Source: an uncultured Acidobacteriota bacterium (GTDB lineage: Bacteria; Acidobacteriota; JAQAZP01). Taken from it: a stretch of 64,000 nt of DNA. Location of the stretch: NCBI GenBank assembly GCA_963836075.1, contig CAWIIB010000001.1, positions 2,048,001-2,112,000 of the forward strand, read 5' to 3'. A program made the translations under genes and the position numbers. The notes under the pieces were generated by a model. That model did no database searches, had not been told where the DNA came from, and saw only the letters and a program-made list of their open reading frames with translations. Shown here one piece after another: positions 29,078-40,727 of the stretch; position 1 is the stretch's first letter, and each line of letters opens with the position of its first letter.

Positions 29078-29408
29078 GCCTCTCTCTCCATGAAAAGCCG
29101 ACCCGGCCCGCCAGCTCCAACGGCAACGGGTCCGCGGCCGGTAAGGTGTTCTTCGTCCCTCAGCAATCATCGGATAAAGCAGGGCCGAACTCAAGCACAG
29201 GCCCCCGGCTACACGGAGGATACGATTTCCGTTGCCGGGGAGTTCCCCAGGGAAACGTCAGAACCGGCTCGATACGCACACCTTATCGCGCCGTAAATGC
29301 CCGGTTGCTCAAGAAGCAGACCCACAGTGCCGAAAAGAGACGCAGCGAGAAAACCTTGTCCGCCCGGGCGGATGGGAAATGAGGACTCCAGGGGGAAGCG
29401 GGCGAGCA

Positions 29409-32400
29409 ATGGACCAGCACGACAGGACACCCGGACGTCAGTTCAGCAGAGAGGGCTTCAGGCAGCGAAAATCCGTGGCGCCGATTCTGGCGCTGTGCCT
29501 GTTGATGCTCATCGTCTTCGCGCCACTCTCCCCGGCCCAGGAAAGCAAGATCAAATTCAAGAGTATCTCTCTGGACGAAGGCCTGTCTCAGAGTACGGTG
29601 TTCTGTATCGCCCAGGACCACCGCGGATTCCTCTGGTTCGGCACCGAAGACGGTCTGAACCGCTACGATGGACACACCTTCCGGGTCTACAAGCGGGATC
29701 CGGAAGACCCCCGGAGCCTGGCCTTCGGTTACATCAAGGCACTCCATGAAGACCGGGCCGGCCGGTTGTGGATCGGGACCTTTGGCGGCGGCTTGAGCCG
29801 CTACGACCGGGCAACGGACCGGTTCATCCGCTACCAGTACAGAGAGGATGACCCGTCCAGCCTGAACAGCGACAGCGTCCAGGCGCTGTGCGAGGACCGC
29901 TCCGGGGCGCTGTGGATCGGCACCACCAGCGGGCTCAACCACTACAACCCGAAAACCGACACGATCTCCCGCTATGACCTCATCACCGCGGGCGGGACGG
30001 GCGAAAACCAGGTGAATGTCCTCTCCATTGCCGAAGACGCCCTGGGACGCCTCTGGGTCGGCACGGAGAATCAGGGGCTGTTCCGCTGTGACCGGCTGAA
30101 CGACGACGTGATCCGTTTTCAAACCGAGAGCAGCGGTGACGACCAGTCGGCCAACCGGATCAACACGCTGCTCACCGACACGTTTGGGGTTCTCTGGGTG
30201 GGCACCGGACACGGGTTGAGCCGCTACAACGAGAGAGCCGGCGTGCTGGAGCAGCTGAAGGGCAAAGGCGACAACCCGGACGCCCTGCTGGCCGACCAGG
30301 TGATCAACAAGATCTACGAGGACAGCTCGGGCAATATCTGGGTCGGCACCGACGCCCACGGCCTCAGCCGGTTCGACCGTGACCGCAACCACTTCGTCAC
30401 TCACCGGGCCCAGGCCAACGACCGGCTGAGCATCACCGACGACACGATTCACGACATCCTCGAGGACCGCTCGGGGGTGCTCTGGGTCGGCACCCACAAC
30501 GGGCTGAACAAGTTCGACGAGGAGAAGCAGTTCCTCGTCCACTACCGGCAGATCCCCGACGATTCCACCTCGCTGAGCAACAACTTCGTCCGCTCGTTCT
30601 GCGAAGACAGCCGGGGCGACTTCTGGGTCGCCACCTACGACGGGTTGAACCGCTTCGACCGGCAGACCGAACAGTTCACGCACTACTACCACGATCCCGC
30701 TGATCCCGACACCATCTCGCACAACAAGGTGATGTGTGTCTACGAGGACCACCTGGGCGCTCTCTGGATCGCCACCTACGGCGGGCTGGACCGCCGCGAC
30801 CCGGAGACCGGCGCCTTCAGCCACTACCGCCACCGCCGTGACAACCCGCACAGCCTGAGCAGCGACACGGTGCGCTCGGTCTACGAGGACAGCTTCGGCA
30901 CGGTCTGGGTGGGGACCCAGGGCGGGCTGAATCGCTTCGACCGGGAGAGCGGAGCCTTTGTCCGCTATTTCAGCGACCAGACCGACCCCTCGAGCATCTC
31001 CAGCGACTTCATCCTCACCATCCGCGAAGATGCCCACGGACTGCTCTGGGTGGGCACCCTGACCGGCCTCAACCTCTACGACCGGGACCACGACGAATTC
31101 ATTCGCTACTATTCCAACCCCGACGACCCCACCAGCCTGTCGAGCAGCGAAGTGCTCTCCGTCTACGAAGACACCGCGGGAGAACTCTGGTTCGGCACGT
31201 CCAGCGGCCTCAACCGCTACCGCCGCGAGTATGACGGGTTCGAATATTTCTCGGAGAAGGACGGGCTGCCCAACGACTGCATCTATGCCATCCTCGAGGA
31301 TGACGCCGGGCACATCTGGTTCAGCACCAACAAGGGGCTGTCCAAGTACGACCGCCGCACCGGGACGTTCCACAACTACGACGTCAGCGACGGGCTGCAG
31401 AGCCGGGAATTCAACCTCGGGTCGGCGTACAAACGGGAGAGCGGCGAGCTCTACTTCGGCGGCATCAACGGCTTCAACGCCTTTTTCCCCTCGAGAATCC
31501 AGCGCAACCGCCACCTCCCGCCGATGGTCATCACCGATTTCAAGATCTTCAACGAAACCGTGGCGGTGGGCCCGGATTCACCGCTGAAGACGAGCATCAG
31601 CGAGGCCACGGAGATCACCCTTGCCCCGGAAGACAGCGTCATTTCTTTCGAGTTTGTCGCCCTGCACTTCAGCGACCCGACCAAGAACCAGTACGCCTAC
31701 ATGATGGAGGGGATCGACAAGGAGTGGGTCGACCTGGGGACCCGGCGCTACGTGACCTACAACAGTATGCCCCACGGGAACTACACCTTCCGGGTAAAGG
31801 GATCGAACTGCGACGGCGTCTGGAACGAGGAGGGGACCTCGCTGGAGATCACCGTCCTGCCGCCGTTCTGGAAGACCAAGACCTTTACCGCCTTCAGCGG
31901 CACCATCCTGCTGTTCAGTATTCTCGGGATGGTGCAGTGGCGCACCCGCTCGATCCTCCGGCAAAAACGAATACTGGAAGGCCGCGTGGACCAGCGGACC
32001 GCCGAACTGAAGCAGACCAACGACGAACTGAAAAACGAGATCGTGGTGCGGACAAAGATACAGGAAGCGATGAAGCGGCGGGCGGTCCAGTCCAACCTGC
32101 TCTACAAGGTGGGCAGCCGGGTCAGCGGCGAACTGAACATCGAATCGCTGCTCTCCGAGATCGTCAACGCGGTCTGTGACACCTTCCACTACTATTGCGT
32201 GATGCTGATCATGGCCGACGATTCGGGGAGCCACATGAAGCTGCAGTCCATCGCCGGCGAGGACGCGAGCCTGTTCCCCAAAGATCAGACATACAAGATC
32301 GGCGAGGGAATGGTGGGGCGGGCGGCATCCACCGGCGAAACCCAGGTCAGCGGCGCCGTGGAAGCCAACCCGTACTATATCCGCACTTCCAATGAAAAGA

Positions 32401-34289
32401 CCCGCTCCGAGTTGAGCGTGCCGATCCGGCAGGGCGACCGGGTCATCGGGGTCCTCGACATCCAGAGCCAGGAGCTGGACGCCTTCGAGGAGAGCGACGT
32501 GGCGGCGATGGAGACCCTGAGCACGCAGATCGGCAGCGCCATCGAAAACGCTCACCTCTTCCAGCAGGCCAAACGCGAACTGGCCGAGCGCGAGCGGGCG
32601 GAGATCGAGTTGCGGGCGGCCAAGAACGAGGCGGAACTGGCCAACCAGACCAAGAGCGAGTTCCTGGCCAACATGAGTCACGAGATCCGCACGCCGATGA
32701 ACGGCGTGATCGGCATGAGCGCGCTGCTGCTGGATACCAGTCTCAACGAAGAGCAGAAGGACTACACCGAGATTATCCGCAGCAGCGCCGACGCCCTGCT
32801 GGCGGTGATCAACGATATCCTCGACTACTCGAAGATCGAGGCCGGCAAACTGGAGATGGAGAGCTTTGGCTTCAATCTCCGCACCACCGTGGAGGACGTG
32901 CTCGACATCCTGGCCCTCAAGGCCCAGGAGAAGGGGCTGGAGATCAGCGGACGGATATCACCCGATGTGCCGACGCTGGTGGTCGGCGACCCGGTGCGGC
33001 TGAAACAGGTGTTGATGAACCTGATGAACAACGCCATCAAGTTCACCAGCGAAGGAGAGGTGGTGATCCGCGTTGACCGCATGGAAAAGCAAGGTGAACA
33101 GGCGAGGATCCACTTCAGCGTCACGGACACCGGCATCGGCATTCCGGAGGAAAAACGACAGCAGATCTTTGAATCCTTTACCCAGGTGGACGCCTCCACC
33201 ACCCGGCGCTTCGGCGGCACCGGGCTGGGTCTGGCGATCACCAGAAACCTCGTCCACCTGATGGGCGGCACCATATCGGTGGAGAGCACGGAGGGCCGGG
33301 GGTCCACCTTCCGCTTCACCGTGGTCCTCGGCCAGCAGCCGGAAGAGGTGGAAATGCTCAACCTGCCCGACAAGGTCCGGGGCCAGCGTATCCTGGTGGT
33401 GGACGACAACGCCACCAACAGGCTGATCCTCACCGAATTCATCAAATCCTGGGGCTGCGAGCACGACTGCGCCGCCAGCGGCGAGGAGGGGCTGGATCTG
33501 CTGCGAACGGCCCTGCGGGAGGGCACGCCATTCGACATGGTGATCACCGACATGATGATGCCGGAGATGGACGGTGAGATGTTCGCCAACCAGATCAAGA
33601 AGGATCCCGAACTGCGGTCCACCACCCTGATCCTGCTCACCTCCATGGCCGGGCGGAACGACGAGCCGTCGCTGCGCGAGGAATATTTTGCCGCCTGCCT
33701 GAGCAAGCCGGTGAAACAGTCCCAGCTTTTCGACTGCCTGACCTACGTGATGTCGGACCAGCTGAAGCCGTTCTCCAGAACCGGCCAGGCCAGGGCCGAG
33801 GAACCGGCCTCCACCGGTGACCCGGCGGACCGGAAGGTCGTCCGCATCCTGATGGCCGAGGACAACCTGATCAACCAGAAGGTGGCCCTGCGCATCCTGC
33901 AGTCCCGGGGGTACGACGCGGACACGGTGACGGACGGCGGGCAGGCCGTGGCAGCGCTGAAGTCCAAGCCCTACGACCTGGTGCTGATGGACGTGCAGAT
34001 GCCGGAAATGGACGGCTACGAGGCGACCCGGATCATCCGCGACCCGGAGAGCAACGTGCTCGATTCCACCATCCCGATCATCGCCATGACCGCCCACGCG
34101 ATGAAGGGCGACCGTGAGCTGTGTCTCGAGGCGGGAATGGACGACTACATCTCCAAGCCGGTGAAACGGGAAGAGCTGTTCTCGGCCATCGAACGGCAGC
34201 TGGCTCGGGGGTCGCGTCTGGCGGACCAGAACCAGCCCGCCGGAGTGCCGGCCGGGAAAGATTCGTCCCACAGCGGCGCCTGGGGCTGA
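29409..34289 (+). CDS. Hybrid sensor histidine kinase (Reg_prop propellers, Y_Y_Y, TM, GAF, HisKA, HATPase, two receiver domains)
   Basis: Repeated 'ED..G.LWIGT..GL.RFD', 'PPFWKT', '[15 protein letters not shown]', 'NAIKFT', 'GGTGLGLA', 'DMMMP' and 'DVQMP'. Confidence 0.95.
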   Translation: MDQHDRTPGRQFSREGFRQRKSVAPILALCLLMLIVFAPLSPAQESKIKFKSISLDEGLSQSTVFCIAQDHRGFLWFGTEDGLNRYDGHTFRVYKRDPEDPRSLAFGYIKALHEDRAGRLWIGTFGGGLSRYDRATDRFIRYQYREDDPSSLNSDSVQALCEDRSGALWIGTTSGLNHYNPKTDTISRYDLITAGGTGENQVNVLSIAEDALGRLWVGTENQGLFRCDRLNDDVIRFQTESSGDDQSANRINTLLTDTFGVLWVGTGHGLSRYNERAGVLEQLKGKGDNPDALLADQVINKIYEDSSGNIWVGTDAHGLSRFDRDRNHFVTHRAQANDRLSITDDTIHDILEDRSGVLWVGTHNGLNKFDEEKQFLVHYRQIPDDSTSLSNNFVRSFCEDSRGDFWVATYDGLNRFDRQTEQFTHYYHDPADPDTISHNKVMCVYEDHLGALWIATYGGLDRRDPETGAFSHYRHRRDNPHSLSSDTVRSVYEDSFGTVWVGTQGGLNRFDRESGAFVRYFSDQTDPSSISSDFILTIREDAHGLLWVGTLTGLNLYDRDHDEFIRYYSNPDDPTSLSSSEVLSVYEDTAGELWFGTSSGLNRYRREYDGFEYFSEKDGLPNDCIYAILEDDAGHIWFSTNKGLSKYDRRTGTFHNYDVSDGLQSREFNLGSAYKRESGELYFGGINGFNAFFPSRIQRNRHLPPMVITDFKIFNETVAVGPDSPLKTSISEATEITLAPEDSVISFEFVALHFSDPTKNQYAYMMEGIDKEWVDLGTRRYVTYNSMPHGNYTFRVKGSNCDGVWNEEGTSLEITVLPPFWKTKTFTAFSGTILLFSILGMVQWRTRSILRQKRILEGRVDQRTAELKQTNDELKNEIVVRTKIQEAMKRRAVQSNLLYKVGSRVSGELNIESLLSEIVNAVCDTFHYYCVMLIMADDSGSHMKLQSIAGEDASLFPKDQTYKIGEGMVGRAASTGETQVSGAVEANPYYIRTSNEKTRSELSVPIRQGDRVIGVLDIQSQELDAFEESDVAAMETLSTQIGSAIENAHLFQQAKRELAERERAEIELRAAKNEAELANQTKSEFLANMSHEIRTPMNGVIGMSALLLDTSLNEEQKDYTEIIRSSADALLAVINDILDYSKIEAGKLEMESFGFNLRTTVEDVLDILALKAQEKGLEISGRISPDVPTLVVGDPVRLKQVLMNLMNNAIKFTSEGEVVIRVDRMEKQGEQARIHFSVTDTGIGIPEEKRQQIFESFTQVDASTTRRFGGTGLGLAITRNLVHLMGGTISVESTEGRGSTFRFTVVLGQQPEEVEMLNLPDKVRGQRILVVDDNATNRLILTEFIKSWGCEHDCAASGEEGLDLLRTALREGTPFDMVITDMMMPEMDGEMFANQIKKDPELRSTTLILLTSMAGRNDEPSLREEYFAACLSKPVKQSQLFDCLTYVMSDQLKPFSRTGQARAEEPASTGDPADRKVVRILMAEDNLINQKVALRILQSRGYDADTVTDGGQAVAALKSKPYDLVLMDVQMPEMDGYEATRIIRDPESNVLDSTIPIIAMTAHAMKGDRELCLEAGMDDYISKPVKREELFSAIERQLARGSRLADQNQPAGVPAGKDSSHSGAWG

Positions 34290-34309
34290 TCAGATTAGAG
34301 AGCGGCTGA

Positions 34310-35068
34310 TCAGAAATCGCTGCCCAACAGGGCCCGGGCGCTCTCGGTGGTGACCCGGGCCGCCTCCTCCACCGAACACCCCTTGACCTCGGCCACCACC
34401 CGGAGCGAGATGGTGAGGTTTGCCGGCTCGTTGCGCACACCCGGCTCGGGCCCCAGAACCGGCGAATCGGTTTCCAGCAGGATGCGCTCCAGGGGCAGGC
34501 GCCGGAGCAACTTCTGCTTCTGCCGCGAGCGGACCACCGACGGGGGAATGGAAAAGAAGCAGCCCAGTTCGAGGCCGCGCCCGGCCAGAGCGGCCTTGCC
34601 GTCAAAGGCATGGAGCAGCGCACGGCAGGGCCCTTCCTCCTCCAGCAGCTCCAGGGTCCTTCGACCGGCGGACCGGGAGTGGATATTGAGCGGCAGGTCC
34701 AGTTCCCGCGATAGCCGGATAAAGCGGCGGAAAATTTCCTCCTGCACCGCACGCCCCCCCTCGTCCTGGATCTTCCAGCGGTCCAGACCCACCTCGCCGA
34801 TGGCCCGCAGGTCGTCCCGCCGCTGCCGGATGAAAGAGACCATCTGATCAGCCTGATCCGGGTCGAGGATGGTGGGATAGAGTCCGGCGGCCGCACGGAG
34901 CATATCGCTGCCGGCGGACAGTTGCAGATTGCGCTCCGCGTCGGCCAGCGTCTCCCCCACGCAGAGCACCCGGGTCACTCCGGCCCGGCGGGCTCGGTGG
35001 AGCACCGCCGGGAGATCCGGAGCAAAGACCGGGTCGCAGAGATGGGCGTGGGCATCGATCAGTTCCAC
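34310..35068 (-). CDS. tatD: TatD family hydrolase
   Basis: 'IDAHAHL', 'IGEVGLD', 'HSR', 'LHAF', 'LETDSP'. Confidence 0.9.
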   Translation of the reverse strand: MELIDAHAHLCDPVFAPDLPAVLHRARRAGVTRVLCVGETLADAERNLQLSAGSDMLRAAAGLYPTILDPDQADQMVSFIRQRRDDLRAIGEVGLDRWKIQDEGGRAVQEEIFRRFIRLSRELDLPLNIHSRSAGRRTLELLEEEGPCRALLHAFDGKAALAGRGLELGCFFSIPPSVVRSRQKQKLLRRLPLERILLETDSPVLGPEPGVRNEPANLTISLRVVAEVKGCSVEEAARVTTESARALLGSDF

Positions 35069-35097
35069 GGCGGCAGCCCCTCGGCAGGATGAACGGC

Positions 35098-35814
35098 TCA
35101 ACGGTTGAGCCGGAACCTGACAGTGAGGGTCATGATAACATCCACCGGCCGGCCGTGCATTTCCCCGGGCCGGAACGTCCACTGCCGCAGTGCCCGCACC
35201 GCCTCGCGGTCGAAGCCGAGCTTGCCCGGTGGCGTCTTGAGCACGGTCACCTGGCCCACGGTGCCGTCTTTCTGGATGACCGCTTCCAGGATGACCAGCC
35301 CTTCCACCCCGGCGATCCTGGCCAGACGAGGGTACTCCGGCTCCACCCGTTTCAGGATCACCGGAGCCGAGGTGGCCAGGTAGTCACGTATGGGGCCCTC
35401 CGGTTCTGCAGGAACCGAGGCCGGCATGTCGATCGCACCGTCGTAGTCGGCACCGCTGTCGGCCAGCGGCGGCGGCTCGAGGTCGGCCACGAACTCGAGC
35501 ACCGGCTCCACCTCGTGCGGAGTGGTATCGGGGATCGGCACTTTCATTGTTTTCTGGTCATTGACCGGCTTCTTCTCCGGTTGCTTCACCGGCGGTTTGT
35601 AGGGGTAGACGATGAACGGCCGGTCTCTCACCTGGGGAACCGGCAGCGGCTCTCCCTGGGGCCAGATGTTCCACCAGAAAAGGATCAGGTGGAGCATGAT
35701 GGCGGCAGTGAGGGCGAATTTGAGCGGTGTCCGGTCCTGGTTCTCCAGCAGGAGCAGGTCCACTCCGCTCCACTCGCCGCAAACTCCGCGGTGTGTGCCA
35801 TTGTTTCTGATCAT
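35098..35814 (-). CDS. tonB: Energy transducer TonB
   Basis: Single TM with His ('AIMLHLI'), Pro/Lys-rich linker, C-terminal 'PEYPRLA...EGLVIL...W.FRPG' TonB_C. Confidence 0.88.
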   Translation of the reverse strand: MIRNNGTHRGVCGEWSGVDLLLLENQDRTPLKFALTAAIMLHLILFWWNIWPQGEPLPVPQVRDRPFIVYPYKPPVKQPEKKPVNDQKTMKVPIPDTTPHEVEPVLEFVADLEPPPLADSGADYDGAIDMPASVPAEPEGPIRDYLATSAPVILKRVEPEYPRLARIAGVEGLVILEAVIQKDGTVGQVTVLKTPPGKLGFDREAVRALRQWTFRPGEMHGRPVDVIMTLTVRFRLNR

Positions 35815-36079
35815 GATGGCCTCCTTCCACTTGCGGTCCGGCCGGGAATGGCGGGCGCATCCCACCCCTCGACGGCACGAACCACACCGCACCCCCCTTT
35901 CGTTGACATGCACTGTTCCCCGGAGAAATTTTCTTTCCTTACTGTAAAGTATACCGTACGGAATTCTTCTCTGCCGGTATCATTCTGTATAACAAACAAG
36001 GAGACCCCCTGTTCAGGGAAACCCTGTGCTAGAATGGGAAAAACCGTGGAATACCAGTGGCCGCACCGAGGAGAAAACC

Positions 36080-37336
36080 ATGACCAGACCCGACCCGTGT
36101 TCCGTCAGTTCCGCCAACCAGGGACGGCGTCGCTTCGTCAAGCTCACCGCCGCGGCGGCCGGTGGAATCGTGGTCAACCTGGCCCTCCCCTCCTGCGGCG
36201 GCGGGTCGCCAGAGGCCGCCCGGAGCGGGTCCCTGTTTCAGCCGGAAGGCCCGGCCTCTTTCCCGCTTCTGGAAGTGCGGGGCAGCGACTACGAGATCGG
36301 GTTTCAGGTTGGCCGGCAGTTCGCCGGAATGATCCGCGAGGGGTTCGAGGCGCGGGGGGCATGGTGGACCGATCTGCTGGCCTTTGCCAAGGCCCAGCCG
36401 CCGGAGGTGTACGAGACCTTCCTCGTCGCGGCGAAAAAGCACACCCCCGGTGTGATGGAGGAACTGCGCGGCTGGGCCGAGGGAAGCGAAATACCTTTCC
36501 AGGAGCTGATGGTCTTCAATCTCAAGGCCGAATACGCCGCCCTGCGGGGGCGCTCCATGGGCCAGGCGCGTGAGCCCGCCGAGGAGAATCCGGGGTGTTC
36601 CTCCGTGGTTCTGGCCAGTGACGGTCAACTGCTGGTGGCCCACAACGAGGACGGCAACCAGGCCTATGCCGAGCGGATGTTCCTCCTCCGCATGCACCCC
36701 GAAGGCCGCCCCTCGGTCCTCGCCGTTTCCTATCCGGGAGTGCTCCCAGGCAATGCCCCGTGGGTCAACAGCAGCGGTCTGATGATGACCACCAACTACA
36801 TTCCGTCGCAGGAAGTGGCCCTGGGCGTGGGCCGCTACTTTCTCGACCGCCAGGCAATGGTCTCTACCACGCTGGACCAGGCGCTGGAGATCTGCTGTCA
36901 CCCGGACCGGGCGTATGCCTACCATCACATCATCGGGTCACGGAACGAGAAACGGGTTCTGGGCCTGGAGGTGACCCCCTCGAAAAAGGAGCTGCAGGAG
37001 ATCCAGGGCCTCTATCTGCACACCAATCACCTGGTGCTCCCCACCATGGCCGGCGAACCACAGGTGATGAAGTATGTGGAGAGTTCATCCATGAGCCGCT
37101 GGCAGGTGCTGAATCGCTGGAAGGACGGCCTGCCTGAAGGAGCCCCGTTGGATGCCGGTGACCTGCTGGGTGTGCTGAGCAGTCACGAGAACCGGCCCTA
37201 CTCGCCCTGCCGCCACCCTGAGGGCAAGGTGGAGGGCGCCACCCTGCTCAACGCCCTGTTCGACCTGGACGCCGGCACACTGCGGATCCACAAGGGGCAA
37301 CCCTGCAAGGGTGTGTATGCGGACTATCCGTTCTAG
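36080..37336 (+). CDS. C45 family Ntn-hydrolase/peptidase, Tat-exported probable lipoprotein
   Basis: 'RRRFVK' Tat motif, 'LALPSC' lipobox-like, autoproteolytic 'G-CSS', 'HNED', 'HTNH'. Confidence 0.85.
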   Translation: MTRPDPCSVSSANQGRRRFVKLTAAAAGGIVVNLALPSCGGGSPEAARSGSLFQPEGPASFPLLEVRGSDYEIGFQVGRQFAGMIREGFEARGAWWTDLLAFAKAQPPEVYETFLVAAKKHTPGVMEELRGWAEGSEIPFQELMVFNLKAEYAALRGRSMGQAREPAEENPGCSSVVLASDGQLLVAHNEDGNQAYAERMFLLRMHPEGRPSVLAVSYPGVLPGNAPWVNSSGLMMTTNYIPSQEVALGVGRYFLDRQAMVSTTLDQALEICCHPDRAYAYHHIIGSRNEKRVLGLEVTPSKKELQEIQGLYLHTNHLVLPTMAGEPQVMKYVESSSMSRWQVLNRWKDGLPEGAPLDAGDLLGVLSSHENRPYSPCRHPEGKVEGATLLNALFDLDAGTLRIHKGQPCKGVYADYPF

Positions 37337-37339
37337 CGG

Positions 37340-39181
37340 CTACTCCAGTTCCTCGGGCCGGGGGACCGGGCCGTTCTTTGCCGCGGCCTGCTCCACCGAG
37401 CCTTTCTCTTCAAGGGCTCTCAGCTTTTCCTCCAGATCCAGCTGTATGGCGGTGAGCCGCTCCCGCTGCTCACCGGCCAGATCGCCGTCCAGTGACGTTT
37501 CCATTTCGCGCAGGGCCCGTTCGAGGCCGCGGCGCTGGGCCCGGAGTGCGGCCTCTTCGGAACGGTATACCGCTCTCCGCTGATGCAGGGACTCGGCCTG
37601 CCGGCGCGCCGCGTCCCGGTGCTGCCTGCTGATCTCGCGGTGTTCCATCACGATTTCGCGGTGCCGTTCACGAATCTCCTCCCGGCGGCGGCGGATCTCC
37701 TCTTCGGTTTCGGCGTCAAGCCTGCCGGCGCCCTCATCATCCGCCTGCTCCCGGAGCTCTTCGATTTCCCGGATCAGCGCCTCCTCCTGCTCGGCCAGTT
37801 CACGTTCGGCCTGGGCCCGTTCGAGCTCATCTGTCGCCAATTCCTGCTCCACCAGCTCCATCTCGCGCTCCAGCTCAGCCATCTCGGCAGCCTCGGCTTC
37901 CATCTCCCGCTCGGCCTGCACCATCTCCTGCTCGGCCAACTCCATGGCCACCTGCTGCTCTGCCATCTCCAGTTCAACCTGGGCCATGGCTGCTTCCTGA
38001 GCGGCCATCTCCCGCTCCAGCTGCTCCATGGCTTCGGCCTCTGCCGCCATCTCGCGCTCGGCCTCGGCCGGCGGCACCTCTTGCGGATGCGGTGGCGGAT
38101 CGTCTCCGGCGGTGACGCCGGGAGCGAGAAAAGCAAAAACCAGTATCAGGGCCGCCGCCAGGGGTCCGAACCACCGGGCCCGGCCATGGGCAACAGCAGG
38201 TCTGTTCTTGTCGAGGATCATTTCAATTCTCCTGTTCAGCGGGGATCCCCTTCCGGAAATCCCCGGAATGGTCAGTGCAGTGGGCGTGGATACCCGTCGG
38301 CGGGCCAGCTGGTGCAGGGACCGGGCAAGGGGTACCCGCTCGCCGGTCTGCCGGACAGCCTCTCCATCACAGATGAATTCGGCGGTTTCCTGATAACAGC
38401 GTCGGGCCAGACGAACCAGCGGCTGGAAGAAGAAGATGCCTTCGGCCAGGCGGGCTGCCAGCAGCCAGACCTGGTCCCGCCGGACGATGTGCGCCAGTTC
38501 GTGGGCCAGAACGCTCTTTACCTGTTCGGGGGCCGTTCCCCGGACCATGGAAAGGGGCAGGCAGATCTCAGGCCGCCTGATTCCACACGCCACGGGAGCC
38601 GGTATCCGTTCCGATACGGTGAGTTTGATTGCCCGTCCCAACGTGGGCCGGGTTTCGATGAGTTCCTGGAAGATGCGGTGGACGGGGCCGTGGTCTAATT
38701 CGCGGCGGCCCCGGAACCGTGACCTGAGCCTGAGCAACTGGAGAGCCAGGCCCCCGGTAAAACAGGCAGCGCCCAGGCCCCAGAGCAGCAGGATCAACCG
38801 CTGCCAGGGAACCGGCAGCAGGCGGCGGATCTGTTCCCGAACAGCGGGCGCAAAGGATCGGCCGGCCAGCTGACCGGAGAAAGGTTGCTGAGCCGTCGGA
38901 CCAGCGGTGACGGCGAAAGGGGCAGCATCGCCGGCTTCAAGTGAGATTCTCGGGGCAATGGCCCCGTCGCCCAGACCGGCCTGAACCGTGCAGGAAAAGA
39001 GGGCGCCGAAAAGGGCCACTTTCCACAGCCTGTCCTGGATCGCCATGGCCTTCATCCCCAGCAGGCGGGTGAGCAGCCAGATGGAACAGATGAGCAGTGT
39101 GCTGTGCAGCAGAAAGGTGGCCACCCAGGCCACTGCCGCTTCGGGCTGCAGGTTCAGGCCGGATATGATCGGAACGGCCAT
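37340..39181 (-). CDS. M56 (BlaR1/MecR1-type) metallopeptidase sensor with long C-terminal coiled coil
   Basis: TM helices, 'HELAHIVRRD', 'EFICD', 'LNRRIEMI', then an E/M/A-rich heptad region. Confidence 0.9.
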   Translation of the reverse strand: MAVPIISGLNLQPEAAVAWVATFLLHSTLLICSIWLLTRLLGMKAMAIQDRLWKVALFGALFSCTVQAGLGDGAIAPRISLEAGDAAPFAVTAGPTAQQPFSGQLAGRSFAPAVREQIRRLLPVPWQRLILLLWGLGAACFTGGLALQLLRLRSRFRGRRELDHGPVHRIFQELIETRPTLGRAIKLTVSERIPAPVACGIRRPEICLPLSMVRGTAPEQVKSVLAHELAHIVRRDQVWLLAARLAEGIFFFQPLVRLARRCYQETAEFICDGEAVRQTGERVPLARSLHQLARRRVSTPTALTIPGISGRGSPLNRRIEMILDKNRPAVAHGRARWFGPLAAALILVFAFLAPGVTAGDDPPPHPQEVPPAEAEREMAAEAEAMEQLEREMAAQEAAMAQVELEMAEQQVAMELAEQEMVQAEREMEAEAAEMAELEREMELVEQELATDELERAQAERELAEQEEALIREIEELREQADDEGAGRLDAETEEEIRRRREEIRERHREIVMEHREISRQHRDAARRQAESLHQRRAVYRSEEAALRAQRRGLERALREMETSLDGDLAGEQRERLTAIQLDLEEKLRALEEKGSVEQAAAKNGPVPRPEELE

Positions 39182-39184
39182 CGC

Positions 39185-39571
39185 TCACTCTCCGTCAGAT
39201 TTGTCCGCTTCGTCGATCAGTTTTGCCAGGCGCGGCAACTCATCCGGATCGATCTCATATTCCGTGAGCAGGTGGCTGAGCAGGGCCAGGGGATCCCCTT
39301 TGAACAGCCGCGACGTCAACTGCCCCACCATCGAACTCTTCACCAGGTCTTCGGTGACCCGTGCACGGTAGACAAACTGCCGGCCTTCCAGGCGGTGTTC
39401 AACCACACCCCGGGTTTCCAGCCGCTTGAGCATGGTGGCGATGGTGGTCAGCGCCAGTCCGCGCTCTTCGCGCAGCGCCTCATGTACGTCGGCCACCGTG
39501 GCCTCACCGCGCGGCCAGATCACACGCATGATCGCCAGCTGCAGTTCACCGAGCGTGTGCTGTTCACTCAT
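39185..39571 (-). CDS. BlaI/MecI/CopY family repressor
   Basis: 'LGELQLAIMRVIW...ATV..V...LALTTIATML.RLE.RG' pattern, directly upstream of the M56 gene. Confidence 0.92.
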   Translation of the reverse strand: MSEQHTLGELQLAIMRVIWPRGEATVADVHEALREERGLALTTIATMLKRLETRGVVEHRLEGRQFVYRARVTEDLVKSSMVGQLTSRLFKGDPLALLSHLLTEYEIDPDELPRLAKLIDEADKSDGE

Positions 39572-39638
39572 CGGGTTCCCTTTCCGTTCCGGTTTTCCGG
39601 GCTCGATACCAAAAAAACTATTGCCTCGCATCTTCTTC

Positions 39639-39674
39639 TACAGATGTAATACTACATGTGTCGTCATAAGTCAA
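39639..39674 (-). promoter_or_regulatory. Sigma70 promoter of blaI-M56 overlapped by two BlaI/CopY-type operators
   Basis: TTGACT-N17-TATTAC on the minus strand; perfect TACAgaTGTA at 39639-39648 and imperfect TACAtgTGTC at 39653-39662. Confidence 0.75.
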
Positions 39675-39831
39675 GTCTTTTTTGCCCGGTCGAACCTGCT
39701 ACAGGAATAAAACGGGCCAGCCGGCAAAACGTTGCAGGCAAAACCCTGACGTGGTAGTGAAGAAAGGAAAGACCACTTTCTTTTTCAGGACGTACACGTT
39801 CCAACGCCAGCGGGGTCTCTAGTAGCTAACC

Positions 39832-40350
39832 ATGGAAGAAACGGAACTCCAGCTCATTGCGGAGGCGCGGCGGGGAGATGGAGAGGCGTTCGGACAACTC
39901 GCCGTGCGGCACTGGGCACGACTGGTCAGGCTGGCCAGGTCGGTGACCGGGGAATCCGCAGCCGAGGACGCCGTCCAGGAGGGCATGGTGGCCGCCTGGC
40001 GGAAGATCCACACGCTGCAGACCCCCGAAGCGTTCCCGGCCTGGCTGACCCGCATCGTCTTTCGGCGAAGCCTGCGGCACGCCGGGCGGCGGCAGGCAAC
40101 GACCAGTCTCGGTGAGCGGATCCCCGAACCGGTATCACAAACGGGCGATCCGGATGCGGGGATCTGGGCGGCACAACTGCTGGCCACCCTCCCCCCGCGG
40201 CAGCGAGCCGTGCTCCACCTCACCGTGGTGGAGGGGCGGACGGACAGAGAGATTTCAGCCCAGTTGGGCATCCACCCGGCGTCGGTACGGGCCCACCGGC
40301 GACGGGCACGGAAGAAACTGGGCCGGATGATCGGCGACGAGGAGGTGTGA
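39832..40350 (+). CDS. ECF RNA polymerase sigma factor
   Basis: 'GDGEAF', 'AEDAVQE', 'F.AWL.RI', region 4 'LPPRQRAVL...EIS..LG'. Confidence 0.9.
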   Translation: MEETELQLIAEARRGDGEAFGQLAVRHWARLVRLARSVTGESAAEDAVQEGMVAAWRKIHTLQTPEAFPAWLTRIVFRRSLRHAGRRQATTSLGERIPEPVSQTGDPDAGIWAAQLLATLPPRQRAVLHLTVVEGRTDREISAQLGIHPASVRAHRRRARKKLGRMIGDEEV

Positions 40351-40715
40351 TGAGCAACGGGAACGACCGGGGAATGGACCGCTTTGAACGGGAATTTCGC
40401 CGCTGGGGAACCCGTCCCCCGCTCACTCCGCCGGACGAGGCCGGACGCCGGGTCGCCGCCAGTCTGGAACCGGTGCGCACCGGGCTCCCGGTCTGGCGCA
40501 TGGCCGTGGCGGCGGCCGCAGTTGTTCTGATGGTTTGCGGCACCTGGGCCGGACTGCAGCTCACCGATGGATCCCCACCGCACGCCCGGCCGAAACAGCT
40601 GTCGGTCAGTGCCGCCGAATTTACCCCGCCGCCACTTGATGAAAATGTGGTCCTCTGGTGGCTGGACGACGAAACACCGGTCTATTTTGTCCTCGGACCT
40701 GGGGACCAGAGTTAA
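40350..40715 (+). CDS. Probable single-pass anti-sigma factor
   Basis: Translationally coupled to the ECF gene; one TM 'WRMAVAAAAVVLMVCGTW'. Confidence 0.65.
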   Translation: MSNGNDRGMDRFEREFRRWGTRPPLTPPDEAGRRVAASLEPVRTGLPVWRMAVAAAAVVLMVCGTWAGLQLTDGSPPHARPKQLSVSAAEFTPPPLDENVVLWWLDDETPVYFVLGPGDQS

Positions 40716-40727
40716 AAAGGAGAGACA

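Noticed and set aside
29283-31514. Long antisense ORFs (743 aa here; also 10936..12504, 42003..43478, 49438..51189, 57237..59108)
   Set aside because: Shadow ORFs produced by high-GC codon bias opposite well-supported genes; no motifs
39722-39760. GGCAAAAC direct repeat upstream of the ECF gene as a riboswitch or operator
   Set aside because: Two short copies with no supporting structure; cannot be distinguished from chance
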